Positions 12,801 through 25,163 of a stretch of DNA of 64,000 bases are shown piece by piece. The number at the start of each line of letters is the position of its first letter. Within the stretch, counting starts at the first letter, position 1. The stretch comes from Mobula hypostoma. Its lineage: Eukaryota. The position numbers and the translations under genes were made by a program. Location of the stretch: assembly GCF_963921235.1 (NCBI RefSeq), contig NC_086097.1, forward strand, positions 58,220,001-58,284,000, written 5' to 3'. A model generated the notes under the pieces. It had not been told where the DNA came from, ran no database searches, and was given only the letters and a program-made list of their open reading frames with translations.

Positions 12801-15611
12801 ACACTGACACAGTTATAGGCAAATGAATGAACTTATCATCGGCTATTTTGGTCACAGTAGGATACATGCAGGCCCTCAAAGTTTCTGCAGTATTTAATAT
12901 CTTTAATCACAATTTTCTTCCACCATTACAGCCTTGTTTAATTTACCCAGCTTTGAACATAGCTGCCCAGAGCTCTAGTGCACTCTATTAATATGCTGCA
13001 GCAGTGCATCAAAGAACATTTCAGATGCTGTCCCTTGATTAAAAACTCTCATCATGCAGCTGAATGAATTGTGTGCAGTGCTGTGTCAAAAATGTATCAC
13101 TTTACATGTTAAGGACAAGGTGCAATAGGTATTTTGGCAGAAGGAAGACCAAATATATCTGCGGTGGAGATAGTACATCAGAATCAGGATCAGCAGAAGA
13201 GTGGGATGGGTTGAAGATCTGGACTGGCAGAATCCTCCTTGTGGAGGTTGGAGGTAGGTAGAATCAAGGATTCAGAAGCAGAATTAGGAGTGATAGAGAC
13301 AATGGGAGGAGGGACTGGGAGAGTTATTGAGTTGGTAGGAAAGATACTGAGATTAGGCGAGTCAATGGGGAATCGGAAATGGATTCTGGGATTAGGAAAA
13401 TCAATGGGATAGGTGGGGCCAGTGAGCTCATGACTGGCAATAGTAGGGAAATTGGAGACCAACATAATTAACGCATGGGATTGAGCAACTGCCTGATCAT
13501 GGGTTGGCATATAGACAGGCAAAGGATGAACTGGTGCTGCCATGAACCTGGAGCTGCAAAAAATGACAAACATGGTCCAAAGTGAGCATTGGTATATGAT
13601 ATCATCTCACATGTCCCTGATGTAGAAATTGAATTAAGGATGCAAGGATAATTTGAAACATCTGGTCATACATGCTTATATTCCAGCTTTAATTGGTTAG
13701 CTTAGTAAGATTAAACCAATTGCATTTAAAGTTTTAGTTGTAATTTTTGCTTTCTCTTTTTAATTCATCACTTTTCAGGCAGTCTATTAGCACACTATAG
13801 CATTTTGTGTTAGTGATGAAAATGTTTGTAATAGTTAATAATTTTGAATTCCAGGTGCTGACATGAGCAACGTTTGAATAGCACGTGTCACTATGCCACT
13901 CCTTTAACTTTCACCCCACAGGGAAAGTAGTGAATTTTCCACCATAAACCTGTATCAAGTGGTTATGACTGCAGAACATCATATATCTGGTTCAACATCA
14001 CCCAGATTATTTCACCCATGAAACCTTCCTGCCCTTAAGATTTCTGTGGATAGAAAACAAAGACAATTGGCCCCACATTGAACTGGTTGCATCATTTAGA
14101 TCTTGCCAAGGTGCACCCACCCCCCAGAATTTTATGATATTTGTTAACAAATTTACAGATTCCAATGGCCAGTTCTTACTGTCTAAGATGCAAACCGTGC
14201 GGTGTTAACAGCCAAGATCCCTGGATTGTGTTGCACTTGTGTGCTTGAAGTGCTGCTCCTGAAATTTCAGGTCTGTACAGTTGTATCCTAATTCAAACTA
14301 TTTTTCTTGCTCCCAATACCATACCCGAGACTTCAGGAAAAAAAGAAAGATACATAACTGGAAACATTCACAGATGATGTAATATTCTGGCCCCACTAAT
14401 GGAAACATATTTTGTTAATATCTCCTCATTTTCCCATGTGATGGCTGTATGTGCATTTTTTCCCAGGATACAATTGAAGACCTCCAACAGTGACACTCTG
14501 TTGCCAACAAACGCATAAGAATCCCCTGGGATAATGCCCCAGTTAATTTTTCTTTGCTTTTTCTCTGAAAAGTCAATTTTACATTGAGCTTTAAAACCGT
14601 ATAAGGGGAAGGGGAGGGGTGTAAGGAAAGGAAACAGGAATGGATGGAGGAGCAGTTGTGTGGGATGAGAAGTAAGACCCCATGATGTCTGGATGTGAAA
14701 ACTGACCCATATTTCTAACTGCGAAAAATGGGACTGATAAAAAATATGGCAAAAACAATGAGGTTTCGAAGTACTCTTTTATCATATTAATATATATTTT
14801 AATATTTATTTTTTTAAGTCTTGGTATACATTGAATACCTGTGCTCAGAAAAAAAAATCTTACGACAATGTAACTCTGTAGTCTAAGTGAATGAAAATCC
14901 CAAAAACTGCAGTTGCTGGAAATCTAAAACTTAAAAAAATTAAAAATCGCAGCAGCTCAAACTGCATCTGTGGGAAGACGGAGTTAATATTCCAAGTGGT
15001 TGAAGAATCTTTGTATGAATTAAAAAGACCAGAGAAACCTATTAAACTCCAGAAAGAATGGGGGAGGACGCAGGCAATGGAAACTGAGAGATGAGACTGA
15101 ACTCACATGGCCAAGCAGACTGTCACCCAATCCTCATCTTCTTTCTCAAGTATAGGAGACCACATTGTCAACACAGAATACACAACTCTGCATCAGATGA
15201 AGAGCAACTGAATCACTACTATACTGAATTGTAACAGGTCCTAATGATTATGATCCTGTGTATTTTGAGACCTGTAACATAATCCATATATTTTATACCT
15301 TATAAATTTCCATTAAGTATGTGATGAAATGGTTCAAGATAAGACCAATTTGAATGACGTATTATTTAATTAGGCTCAAAATCTGTAACGTTACAATGTT
15401 GCTTGCAGATATTACCACAGGATTTTAATATAATTCTGGAATGCCATTAAGTAATAGACTAATACAATCTAGGTTCAGCCCTATAAGAAAATAACTACAG
15501 TATGTTATGTGTGACATAAAAAGAAAGTGATTTTTTTTAAAAGATTGAATTTTCTTGCAATGGTAAATGTATCCCAAATGCAAACTAGTGTAGGGTTAAC
15601 TATTTTAGGAA

Positions 15612-15770
15612 ATACACACATAATGCTGGAGGAACTCAGTGGGCCAGGCAGCCTCTCAGCCTGAAACGTCGACTGTTTACTCTTTTCCATAGATGCTGCC
15701 TGGCCTGCTGAGTTCCTCCAGCAATTTGTGTGTATTACAGTACTTAGATTTCCAGCGTCTGCAGACTTTA
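15612..15770. mobile_element. Inverted pair of short Penelope terminal fragments
   Basis: 15612-15653 is the near reverse complement of about 15695-15735. The plus-strand piece keeps only the 3' half of the hammerhead (gcctgaaacgtcgactg). Confidence 0.8.
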
Positions 15771-15832
15771 GCAACACACATCAAAGTTGCTGGTGAACGC
15801 AGCAGGCCAGGCAGCATCTCTAGGAAGAGAAC

Positions 15833-15868
15833 AGTCGACGTTTCAGGCCGAGACCCTTCATCAGGACT
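15833..15868 (-). ncRNA. Minimal type I hammerhead ribozyme motif (Penelope terminal repeat)
   Basis: Minus strand AGTC-CTGATGA-AGGGTCTCGGCCT-GAAA-CG-TC-GACT: helix I AGTC/GACT, core CUGAUGA and GAAA, GUC cleavage triplet, palindromic ACGU in place of helix III. Confidence 0.8.
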
Positions 15869-16161
15869 AACTGAAGGAAGAGTTAGTAAGAGATTTGAAA
15901 GTGGGAGGGGGAGGAGGAGATCCAAAATGATAGAAGAAGACAGGAGGGGGAGGGATGGAGCCAAGAGCTGGACAGGTGATTGGCAAAGGGGATATGAGAG
16001 GATCATGGGACAGGAGGTCTGGGGAGAAAGACAAGGCGGGGGAAACCCAGAGGATGGGCAAGGGGTATAGTCAGAGGGACAGAGGGAGAAAAAGGAAAGT
16101 GAGAGAAAGAATGTGTGTATAAAAATAAATAACGGATGGAGTACGAGGGGGAGGTGGGGCA

Positions 16162-17850
16162 TTAATGGAAGTTAGAGAAGTCGATGTTCATGCCATCAGG
16201 TTGGAGGCTACCTCGACGGAATATAAGGTGTTGTTCCTCCAACCTGAGTGTGGCTTCATCTTTACAGTAGAGGAGGCCGTGGATAGACACGTCAGAATGG
16301 GAATGGGATGTGGAATTAAAATGTGTGGCCACTGGGAGATGCTGCTTTCTCTGGCGGACAGAGCGTAGGTGTTCAGCAAAGCAGTCTCCCAGTCTGCGTC
16401 GGGTCTCGCCAATATATAGAAGGCCACATCGAGAGCACCGGTCACAGTATATCACCCCAACCGACTCACAGGTGAAGTGTCGCCTCACCTGTAAGGACTG
16501 TCTGGGGCCCTGAATGATGGTAAGGGAGGAAGTGTAAGGGCATGTGTAGCACTTGTTCCGCTTACAAGGATAAGTGCCAGGAGGGAGATCAGTGGGGAGG
16601 GATGGGGGGGATGAATGGACAAGGGAGTCACATAGGGAGCGATCCCTGCGGAAAGCAGAGAGAGGGGGGAGGGAAAGATGTGCTTAGTGGTGGGATCCTG
16701 TTGGAGGTGGCGGAAGTTACAGAGAATAACATGTTGGATCCGGAGGCTGGTGGGGTGGTAGGTGAGGACCAGGGGAACCCTATTCCTAGTGGGGTGGTGG
16801 GAGGATGGAGTGAGAGCAGATGTACGTGAAATGGGGGAGATGCGTTTAAGAGCAGAGTTGATAGTGGAGGAAGGGAAGCCCCTTTCTTTAAAAAAGGAGG
16901 ACATCTCCCTCGTCCTGGAATGAAAAGGCTCATCCTGAGAGCAGATACGGCGGAGACGGAGGAATTGCGAGAAGGGGATGGCATTTTTGCAAGAGACAGG
17001 GTGAGAAGAGGAATAGTCCAGATAGTTGTGAGAGTCAGCAGGCTTATAGTAGACATCAGTGGATAAGCTGTCTCCAGAGACAGAGACAGAAAGATCTAGA
17101 AAGGGGAGGGAGGTGTCGGAAATGGACCAGGTAAACTTGAGGGCAGGGTGAAAGTTGGAGGCAAAGTTAATAAAGTCAACGAGCTCAGCATGCGTGCAGG
17201 AAGCAGCGCCAATGCAGTCGTCGATGTAGCGAAGGAAAAGTGGGGGACAGATACCAGAATAGGCACGGAACATAGATTGTTCCACAAAGCCAACAAAAAG
17301 GCAGGCATAGCTAGGACCCATACGGGTGCCCATAGCTACACCTTTAGTTTGGAGGAAGTGGGAGGAGCCAAAGGAGAAATTATTAAGAGTAAGGACTAAT
17401 TCCGCTAGACGGAGCAGAGTGGTGGTAGAGGGGAACTGATTAGGTCTGGAATCCAAAAAGAAGCGGAGAGCTTTGAGACCTTCCTGATGGGGGATGGAAG
17501 TAATAGGGACTGGACATCCATGGTGAAAATGAAGCGGTGGGGGCCAGGGAATTTAAAATCATCAAAAAGTTTAAGAGCGTGAGAAGTGTCACGAACATAG
17601 GTAGGAAGGGATTGAACAAGGGGGGATAAAACAGTGTCGAGGTATGCAGAAACAAGTTTGGTGGGGCAGGAGCAAGCTGAGACAATAGGTCGGCCAGGAC
17701 AGGCAGGTTTGTGGATCTTGGGTAGGAGGTAGAAACGGGAAGTGCGAGGTGTGGGAACTATAAGGTTGGTAGCAGTGGATGGGAGATCCCCTGAGCGGAT
17801 GAAGTCGGTGATGGTGTGGGAGACAATGGCCTGGTGCTCCTTAGTGGGGT
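16162..17850 (-). pseudogene. Penelope RT + GIY-YIG endonuclease ORF, frameshifted
   Basis: RT motifs QTKGVAMGTRMGPSYACLFVG, LRYIDD, LPFLD (ORF 16485-17456). GIY-YIG motif GVIYCDRCSRCGLLYIGETRRRLGDCFAEH (ORF 16162-16488). Confidence 0.93.
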
Positions 17851-17926
17851 ACGCATGCTGAGCTCGTTGACTTTATTAATTTTGCCTCCAACTTTCACCC
17901 TGCCCTCAAGTTTACCTGGTCCATTT
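17851..17926 (+). repeat. Inverted duplication of Penelope RT segment 17120-17195 at the 5' truncation point
   Basis: 76 bp reverse complement of 17120-17195 with one mismatch. Confidence 0.95.
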
Positions 17927-18852
17927 TGGGAAGGAGGCTTATAGACATTGCAGATTGGGAGGAGAAAGCCATCAATTGGACTCAAAATGCAATATCTTCT
18001 CTCAAACTGAGGTCCACTTTGAACAAAGGTGCTCCGTTCTTGTAGCTGAGAAGGGAAGTAGAAGGAGAGGAGAAGGAATTCCCAGGCAGCATACCTTTAC
18101 CATCCACGGTTAGATTTATGGTTCCAGGAACCAGCATCTGAATCATCTCAGGACCTATAATAGAAATTGCTCCAGAAGAGAAGGACTGGGACTGGTGAAT
18201 GTAATATCTTCAGTGCTTTATCTTTTTCACTACCTCTCCCAAACATTACAATCTCAAATGAAAATAAGAAATTATAAGTGTGCTTTTATCTGTATTTATA
18301 CTACATGGTGCTTCTTCTTCAGTAATATAACTAGCAAGGTTTTTTACAAAGGCTTCAATCTACATCATCCTTTTTAAAAGGCTATTTCTAATTGACTAGA
18401 AAGTGAGTTATAACGTCCTAGTGATCAATTGCCGTGTGAAGGAATTCTGATTTAAAAAAAATAATACCGTGCTCAGATCAAAAGGGCTGCAAGCAGACCC
18501 ATATTATATTTTGTTGTTTTAAATTAATACTAAGAGAATGGTCTTGAAGCTGCTCTTACTGGAACGGAATAAATGATGGCTGTGAAAAATCTATATGTTC
18601 AGCAAAAGGTTGACTACTTCAGGATTTTGTATGAAATCAGGATAGGTAAAGAATTCAGTGCAACATGATTGTCTTGTCTAGTATTATCACAAAACATTAA
18701 TCTGCATAGCTTAAATGTTGTACAGGAGATTTCATAACCTTGATTTGCAGTAAATCCTCTGAAGTAGGTCTTTGGGCACTTTGTTGTAAGTTAAATCATA
18801 CCATGCCATTGTTACAAATCATTGATTTTAAAAGCAACTTCATAAGAAGTTA

Positions 18853-19368
18853 AAGCTGATTTATACTTCTGCGTCAACTCGACGCCGTAAGTATGGCGTC
18901 ACCGTGAACCCTAAGCAGAGCCTACACGGATCCCTACACCGTAGCCTGACGCACACCTCTCCCAAAATGTAACTACGCGTCATGGCAACGCAGACTGCAA
19001 CAACTGTGATTGGTTCGCTTGGTAGCATCGCATCTCCTTCTGCACTGCAATAGCTTCCCATTGGCCGACTGAAGGGAATGGAAGGAACTCTGGCTGCAAT
19101 GTTTTCCATAAAGCTTTACAGATCTTCGAAATTATGGAGGACACATTTCACTTTTACGGAAAAAAGACGCTCGCTTTAAACTTGTTTACCCCAAGAAAGA
19201 CTACCATGATCATGAAGCCTTGTGTGGGCAGGTGTGTGCGCATGCGCAATGTGCGTGAATTGCAGAGCGACGCAGACATACCAACGCACAAGTATAAATG
19301 CTCATAATGCGCGTAGGCCACTTGCGTAGGTTACAGCGTCGAGTTGACGCAGAAGTATAAATCAGCCT
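18853..19368 (-). mobile_element. Harbinger/PIF non-autonomous derivative (copy 1)
   Basis: About 38-bp TIRs a(a/g)gctgatttatacttctgcgtcaactcgacgc; TTA on both flanks. Minus strand encodes SSIISKICKALWKTLQPEFLPFPSVGQW (Harbinger transposase-like). Confidence 0.9.
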
Positions 19369-19371
19369 TTA

Positions 19372-19570
19372 GCCAGCTGGTGGCATGGTGGCATCAGCGC
19401 TAGACTTCGGAGCAAAGGCTCCCGAGTTCAAATCCAGCCGGCTCCCTTGCATGCTTTCCATCCGTGCTGGGAGGAGCGTCGAGCTAGCAACTTGGCCTCG
19501 TAAAAATAAGAAAGCCTGCTAAAAAACACCGTCATGACGGCGTCCCAATGCTTTCTTCTTCTTCTTCTTC
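19372..19570 (+). mobile_element. tRNA-derived SINE with (TTC)n tail
   Basis: A-box-like tggcatggtgg, B-box gagttcaaatcc, ending in ttcttcttcttcttc. Confidence 0.7.
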
Positions 19571-20084
19571 ACAGGAAGTGACTCTGCAAGGGGGCTGCTG
19601 GCCGAGTCCTTTATGCTACTGTGAATGGTCACAAGAAAATGAATCTCAGGATAGTATACGGTGACATACACTGGCAGGCCACAGAACATATGTTGCTGCT
19701 GTTGCTCAAAATGCCACAGGAATTAGATTTATTTATTTATAGCATTGCTTTCAAAGCAGATCTAGCCAATGGTGGAAACACTGTAAACTTACTAGGAAAC
19801 TGTGACCTAATGTTGCTTGTGAATATCAAGTGATATGTTTATGGTCAATTAAGTTAATTAGCAGAATCTCTACTGAGATGCACACACAATGCTGCAGTGG
19901 CAAAACTATCATTGCCTTCTGATATATTAACATCTTGGTGAAAATGTGAGAATTTTAACACCTAGGATTTCTGCTTTGATACTGCCTTAGAACCCCTGCT
20001 GGAAAACATCTGTTAGGAGATAAGGAATGAGTTGGGCTCAGCTCAATGTTTGCAGAAAAGTACAAAGAAAGAGAGCAAACTTTG

Positions 20085-20225
20085 GGACACAGATTCTACG
20101 GATGCTGGAAATCTGGAGCAACACATGGAATGCCGGAGGAACTCTGCTCAGGCAGCAACTATGGAGGCAAATGGATAGTCAATATTCTGGGGTCACGACC
20201 ATTCAAGAGGCCTGGAAAGGAAGAG
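20085..20225 (-). mobile_element. Degraded short Penelope terminal fragment
   Basis: gatgctggaaatctggagcaacacatggaatgccggaggaactc...caggcagca matches the terminal repeat family; hammerhead core decayed. Confidence 0.6.
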
Positions 20226-20345
20226 GGAGATATGGCGTGGAAATAAGAAGTGAGATAAAATGGCTGACCTCTAGGAGATCCAGGCTGGTACAGCGGATAA
20301 TGCTAAGGTAATCAAACTTGGCACTATTGAAGGAAAGAACTTTAA

Positions 20346-21478
20346 GCCTTTGATAAGGTGCCACGCATGAAGCTGCTTGGCAAGATAAAAGTCAATGGTA
20401 ATACAGAAAAGATACTAGAATAGATAAAGGATTGACTGATTGGCTCAAGGCAAAATCTGGAAATAAAGGGAGCCTTTACTGGTTGGCTGCCCATGACTAG
20501 TGGTGTTCCTCAGGAGTCAGTGTTGAAACTGATTCTTTTTCCATTATATGTCAATGATTTGGATGATGGAATTGATGGCTGTGTGGCCATGTTTGTGGAT
20601 GTTACAAAGATGGGTGGAGAGGTAGAGAGGAACTGAGACTGATTAGGAGAACAGTCAAAGAAGTGGCAGATGGAGTACAGTGTTGTGAAGTGTATGGTCA
20701 TGCACTTTGGTGACAGGAACAAAAGTGGGCTATTTTCTAATCTGGCAGAAAATTAAAAAACCTGAGGGGCAAAGGGACCTGGGAGTCCTTGTGCAGGATT
20801 CCCTAAAGATGAATTTGCAGGTTGAATTGGTGGTGAGGAAGGCAAATGCAATATTAGCATTCATTTCGAAAGGAGTAGAATATAAAAGCAAGGATGTAAT
20901 GCTGAGGCTTTATAAGACACCAGCAAGGCATCACTTGGAATAATATGAAAAGCTTTGGGCCCCTTATTTAAGGAAGGATGTGCTGACAATGGAGAGGATT
21001 CAGAGGAGGTTCACGAGAATGATTCCGGGAATGAAATGGATATTGAATGAAAAGTGTTTGATGGTTCTGGTCCTGTACTCGCTGGAATTTAGAAGTGTGG
21101 GGAGTGTTAGGGTATATCATTGAAAACTATCAAATGTTAAAATGCCCAGATAGAGTGAATGTGGAGAGAATGCTCCCTATAGTGGCACTGTCTAAAACCA
21201 GAGGGCACAGCCTCAGAATAGGGGGATGTCCTTTCAGAACGTTGATGAGGATAAATTTCTTTAGCTAGATGATGGTGAACCTGTGGGACTCGTGGCCATG
21301 GGCAGCTGTAGAGGCAAAAGTCATTGGGTGTATTTAAGGTGGAGGTTGATAGGTTCTTGATAGTCAGTGTGTGAAAGGTTACGGGGAGAAGGCAGAGGGA
21401 TGGAGCAGCCATGATGAACTGGCGACGCAAACGTGACTGTCCAAATGGCCTAATTCTGTTCCTATCTCTTATGGTCTA
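20346..21478 (+). mobile_element. CR1 LINE, 5'-truncated
   Basis: AFDKVP, SGVPQESVL, QRDLGVLVQDSLK remnants; CR1 3' end ccaaatggcctaattctgttcctatctcttatgg. Confidence 0.9.
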
Positions 21479-22099
21479 ATAAAAAGTAGGATTAATGTAG
21501 GATTTGTATATGGGCTGTTGATGCTTGGCACAGATTCAGTGAGCTAAAGCCCTATTTTTGTGCTGTATCTCTCTCTCCCTGACTTGTCACATTTAAATCT
21601 GACTGAATTAGAAAGCCACGCTTCTTCTGTTGGGCGTGGGCTAATGTTTATCATTGTCACTACTTTTCTTGTTCAACAAGTTGGCTGTAGAATTGATAGG
21701 TGGAATTTGCTGCCTTACTTTTCTATTTTTTTCTCATTTTAGAGAAGTTTGCTGTTAACTGTGTGGTCCTGTGATGTTCTGAAGATGGTATTCATCTCAT
21801 AAGGGACAATGGTTTTGCATTCATTAATCCACAGAGACAAAACAAACCTATTCGTAACAAGAAACATTTCAATCAACTGGAAATGCCAAATGAACTTTTC
21901 ACATACAAATTTAAATGTGCTAATCATAACTTACACAATTCTAAGTTTTGTGGATGAGCCCAGCTCATTCGTTTTACTCTCCACTCAGGCTGGTGTGACC
22001 GCCTTCAGATAGCATGTGCAATTTCTTCTCTTTCTTAGTCTGCCATGCCATCAAAGTTGTGGAACCTGATGTCTCTGCGGTAACTTGGATCCCTTCTCA

Positions 22100-24120
22100 T
22101 CTGTCCTCCCCAATGCCTTTTCTATTCTATGCTGTACAACTAATCATCTGTCTTCAGCAACCAGCCTTCATTACGGAGTACCATTACCATTACACTTTAA
22201 CATGCTATTCATGGCTTGCTCTCACACTCTCTCGGTGTTTGCTGTGGGTTTGTTTCCATCAGCTGTGGTCTGGTCTGATGCAGCCGGCTGGTGTTCATCA
22301 CTTGGGTTCTCTGCAATGACATTGTTTACTGGGTACACTTGATCTCTTGCTCTGTCTGTGAGGGTGACAAGAAGGTGGGTCATACGGTTTAACCTGAGTC
22401 CAGTGTTTCCACTGGCTGCCTCGCCGGGACTGTACCTCAGCACAGGCATTATTCATCTGGAGCACCATCTGTGATTCTATCCACCTGGAAGTGAAACCTG
22501 TCCTTTCACCCAGCTCCCTTACCACGACTGTGGGAGGACTATCTCCTTTCCCTCTGGCTCTCTCTGACCAGTAATGTTATTTTGCTTGTTCTCTCAGCAC
22601 CTTACCCAGGTTACAGTGGTCCTTCACATCTCCATGGAATCTTACTAAGTTGGCAGTTGTAGCTTCTTCCCGTACACTTGTAATTTCTGTTGCTTCTTGT
22701 TCTTCCGCTGCCCTCCTCGCACTGACGTTTGGCCACTCGATCCCTTTCTGCTGAGCCTTTACTGTAATCACTTCAGGCAGTTGCACGACTTCTGACAAGG
22801 TGATCCCCTCACCTTGGGACCTACTGACATGATACCCACACATTGCCTTGTCTCTCCTCCCTGCTTGAGGCTGCTCTCTCTCTTTGGGCCATGTTAGCTG
22901 CTTTGTGGGTCACACATATTTGCTGTTCCTGACTCGTCCATGTTATTTCTCCTTTTCCTGAGTCTATGATCACATCTGCCTTACTCAGTGTGCCTTCCTG
23001 CAGGATAGTATCTTCATTGTCCGGGCACACCAAAAAATCTACAGGAAGCTGCACTCCCTCAATCTCAAGCTGATTTCTCACCACCCTCATTGTTTAACCT
23101 CCTGTAATGGTAATATAAATCTCCTCTCCAGACACTGGCTGATGATCCCGATTCCACTGACATTTCACATTACTGATCCCCTAATAAACTGCTTGTGCAC
23201 ATCCGTGGATGACCACCACTGGCAATAGCGGTGGCCGTCAGTCGTTTGTCTGACCTCACCAGCCCTATAATCTGGTCAGCAGTTGAGTCGGAAAGACTGC
23301 TGTGGATTCTGCCTGTTTTGGTGAGTAATTTTCACACTCCTCTCATTTTTCAGGGCACTTTTCTCCAACCATGGCCTGAGAATCCACAGCTGTAAGAAAT
23401 CGTCTTCTTTACCCTCCCACATCTATTGCAGCAGTTCCTTGCTACCTGCCCCGGCTGCTGGCAAGTTCTCTGTGACATCGCAGCAGCTACATTTGCCACT
23501 GCCACCTCACACCTTCTCTTCCCCCTCCCTTGGTCTATCTCACCAGCCCATGATAATATTACAGAGTAGGTCCATCCCACCACTATTCCCAAATATAAAA
23601 CTTCCAAGTGGGCTGAGATCAGGCCTTCCTTCAGCATTTTCAAGAAAACTGGGTCACCCCTCCCTGGATTATCCAACCTGATTATTTCTCAAATGCTCTA
23701 TCTACGCTCTGCATAATCCTTGGGTGGCTCATCACTCTCTGACATTATCGTTCCCCAGTTACTCTCACCTCCCTCTAGTCATTGCCTCACTTCCCTTCGT
23801 TGCCTGTATTCTCTGTAGTTGCCCATGTACCATCCTGCACCCCCTGGGCCACACTGTCCCACATACTCCACTGGCACTTCACTTTTACAGCACGTGTATA
23901 TCTTTGGGCTGTGTTTGGTGAATTTCATCCATTTCCTTGAATTTGTACCAGGATACTGAATTCCCACATGTGACTCTAAGTGAGGGTAACTCTGACAAAA
24001 TGCTTTGCTTCTCCCTGAGGGTGAAGGGCTTATGAATGGTTGTAATCAAGTGAAAGGGGTGGTTCGTATCATGAGGGTTCTCGAACTGACATTGCCTGAC
24101 CTCATTAGGTGCCACACACA
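22100..24120 (-). mobile_element. ERV-like (retroviral) internal remnant: gag, protease, integrase C-terminus; RT/RNase H/IN core deleted
   Basis: Minus-strand remnants in order: capsid-like TIHKPFTLREKQSILSELPSL...QPKDIHVL, knuckle-like CNRCGR and YSCGFSGHGWRK, protease-like LEIEGVQLPVDFLVCPDNEDTIL, integrase C-terminal-like RWIESQMVLQMNNACAEVQ...WKHWTQVKPY. No LTRs recognised; boundaries approximate. Confidence 0.55.
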
Positions 24121-24122
24121 TC

Positions 24123-24220
24123 ATTAGTCCTGACGAAGGGTCTCAGCCTGAAACGTCGACTGCGCCTCTTCCTATAGATGCTGCCTGGCCTGCTGCGTTC
24201 ACCAGCAACTTTGATGTATG
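24123..24220 (+). mobile_element. Short Penelope terminal-repeat insertion
   Basis: Near-identical to the reverse complement of 15775-15870. Confidence 0.9.
24126..24161 (+). ncRNA. Minimal type I hammerhead ribozyme motif
   Basis: AGTC-CTGACGA-AGGGTCTCAGCCT-GAAA-CG-TC-GACT; predicted cleavage after C24157. Confidence 0.78.
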
Positions 24221-24669
24221 AGCCCTCAAATGTTGTAATGTGAACAAAGTCACTGGACAGAGACCGAAGTGCTTCATTCTACAAAAGCAAGCAGCAGGCA
24301 TCATTTTAAGACTTTTTCAGAGGAAAGAGCCAGTTTGACACAATATTACATAACATTTTATATGCTAATGATCAAACAACAATTCTATATTTACAATATA
24401 TCTACAATGCTTCTGTTGAATTGCATGTAACTTTCAGACTTCCTTCTTCATGCTCACACTCCAGACACCCAGAATGAATGTTAATCAGCATTGTCTGGTT
24501 TCTCAATTGACTGATGTTTACAGCTCTGGGAACCGATTGTCCAGAGCTGCATTTTAAATTTAATCTACAGTCCATGTTTAGGTCAAAGGATTGGTTGCTG
24601 AAGTCAGTTGCTGAAGTTAAAATTAATATTTTGCTGTACACTCAAAGTCAAGAATATGCCCTAACATCT

Positions 24670-24960
24670 GCTATGGAAATACCAATGCCTTTGAACAGAA
24701 AGTCTTGCAAAAAGTAGTGGTTATGGCCCGGTCCATCATGGGTAAAGCCCTCACCACCATCGAGCACACCTTCATGCCACGTTATCACAGGAAAGCAGCA
24801 TCCATCATCTGGGACCCGCAACACCCAGGTCATGCTTTCTTTTCACTGTTGCCATTAGGAAGAAGCTACAGGAACTTTACCACCCACATCACCAGGTTCA
24901 GGAACAGTTATTGCCCCTCAACCATCGCGCTCATGAACCAAAGGGGATAACTTCGCTGAA
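24670..24960 (+). mobile_element. Rex1/Babar-type LINE 3' fragment
   Basis: LQKVV..ARSIMG..L..IE....RKAASIIWDPQHPGHAFFSLLPLGRSYR....TRFRNSY.P C-terminal signature. Confidence 0.85.
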
Positions 24961-25163
24961 TTTCAGAATCATAATCGGGTTTATCATCACCAGCATGTGT
25001 CGTGAAATTTGTTAACTTAGCAGCAGCAGAACCATGCAATATATGACGGGAGCAGAGTGAAGGCTTAAGGGCTTCGGCTCAACGGGCTTAGGTGGAAACG
25101 GGCGAGGCGAGGAAGGTTTGGTATTCATTTTTGTTGTTGTTGTTATTTGAGGAGAGGGGAAGT

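Larger units (their letters stand above)
15771..17850 (-). mobile_element. Penelope-like retroelement, 5'-truncated
   Basis: RT and GIY-YIG coding remnants followed by a purine/pyrimidine-skewed 3' region and the hammerhead-bearing terminal repeat. Confidence 0.95.

Noticed and set aside
13190..13573. 127-aa Pro/Ser-rich minus-strand ORF with an acceptor-like site
   Set aside because: Explained by strand purine/pyrimidine skew; no recognisable homology or convincing exon structure.
19372..19445. tRNA gene
   Set aside because: Has A/B boxes but continues into a SINE body and (TTC)n tail; no clean cloverleaf.
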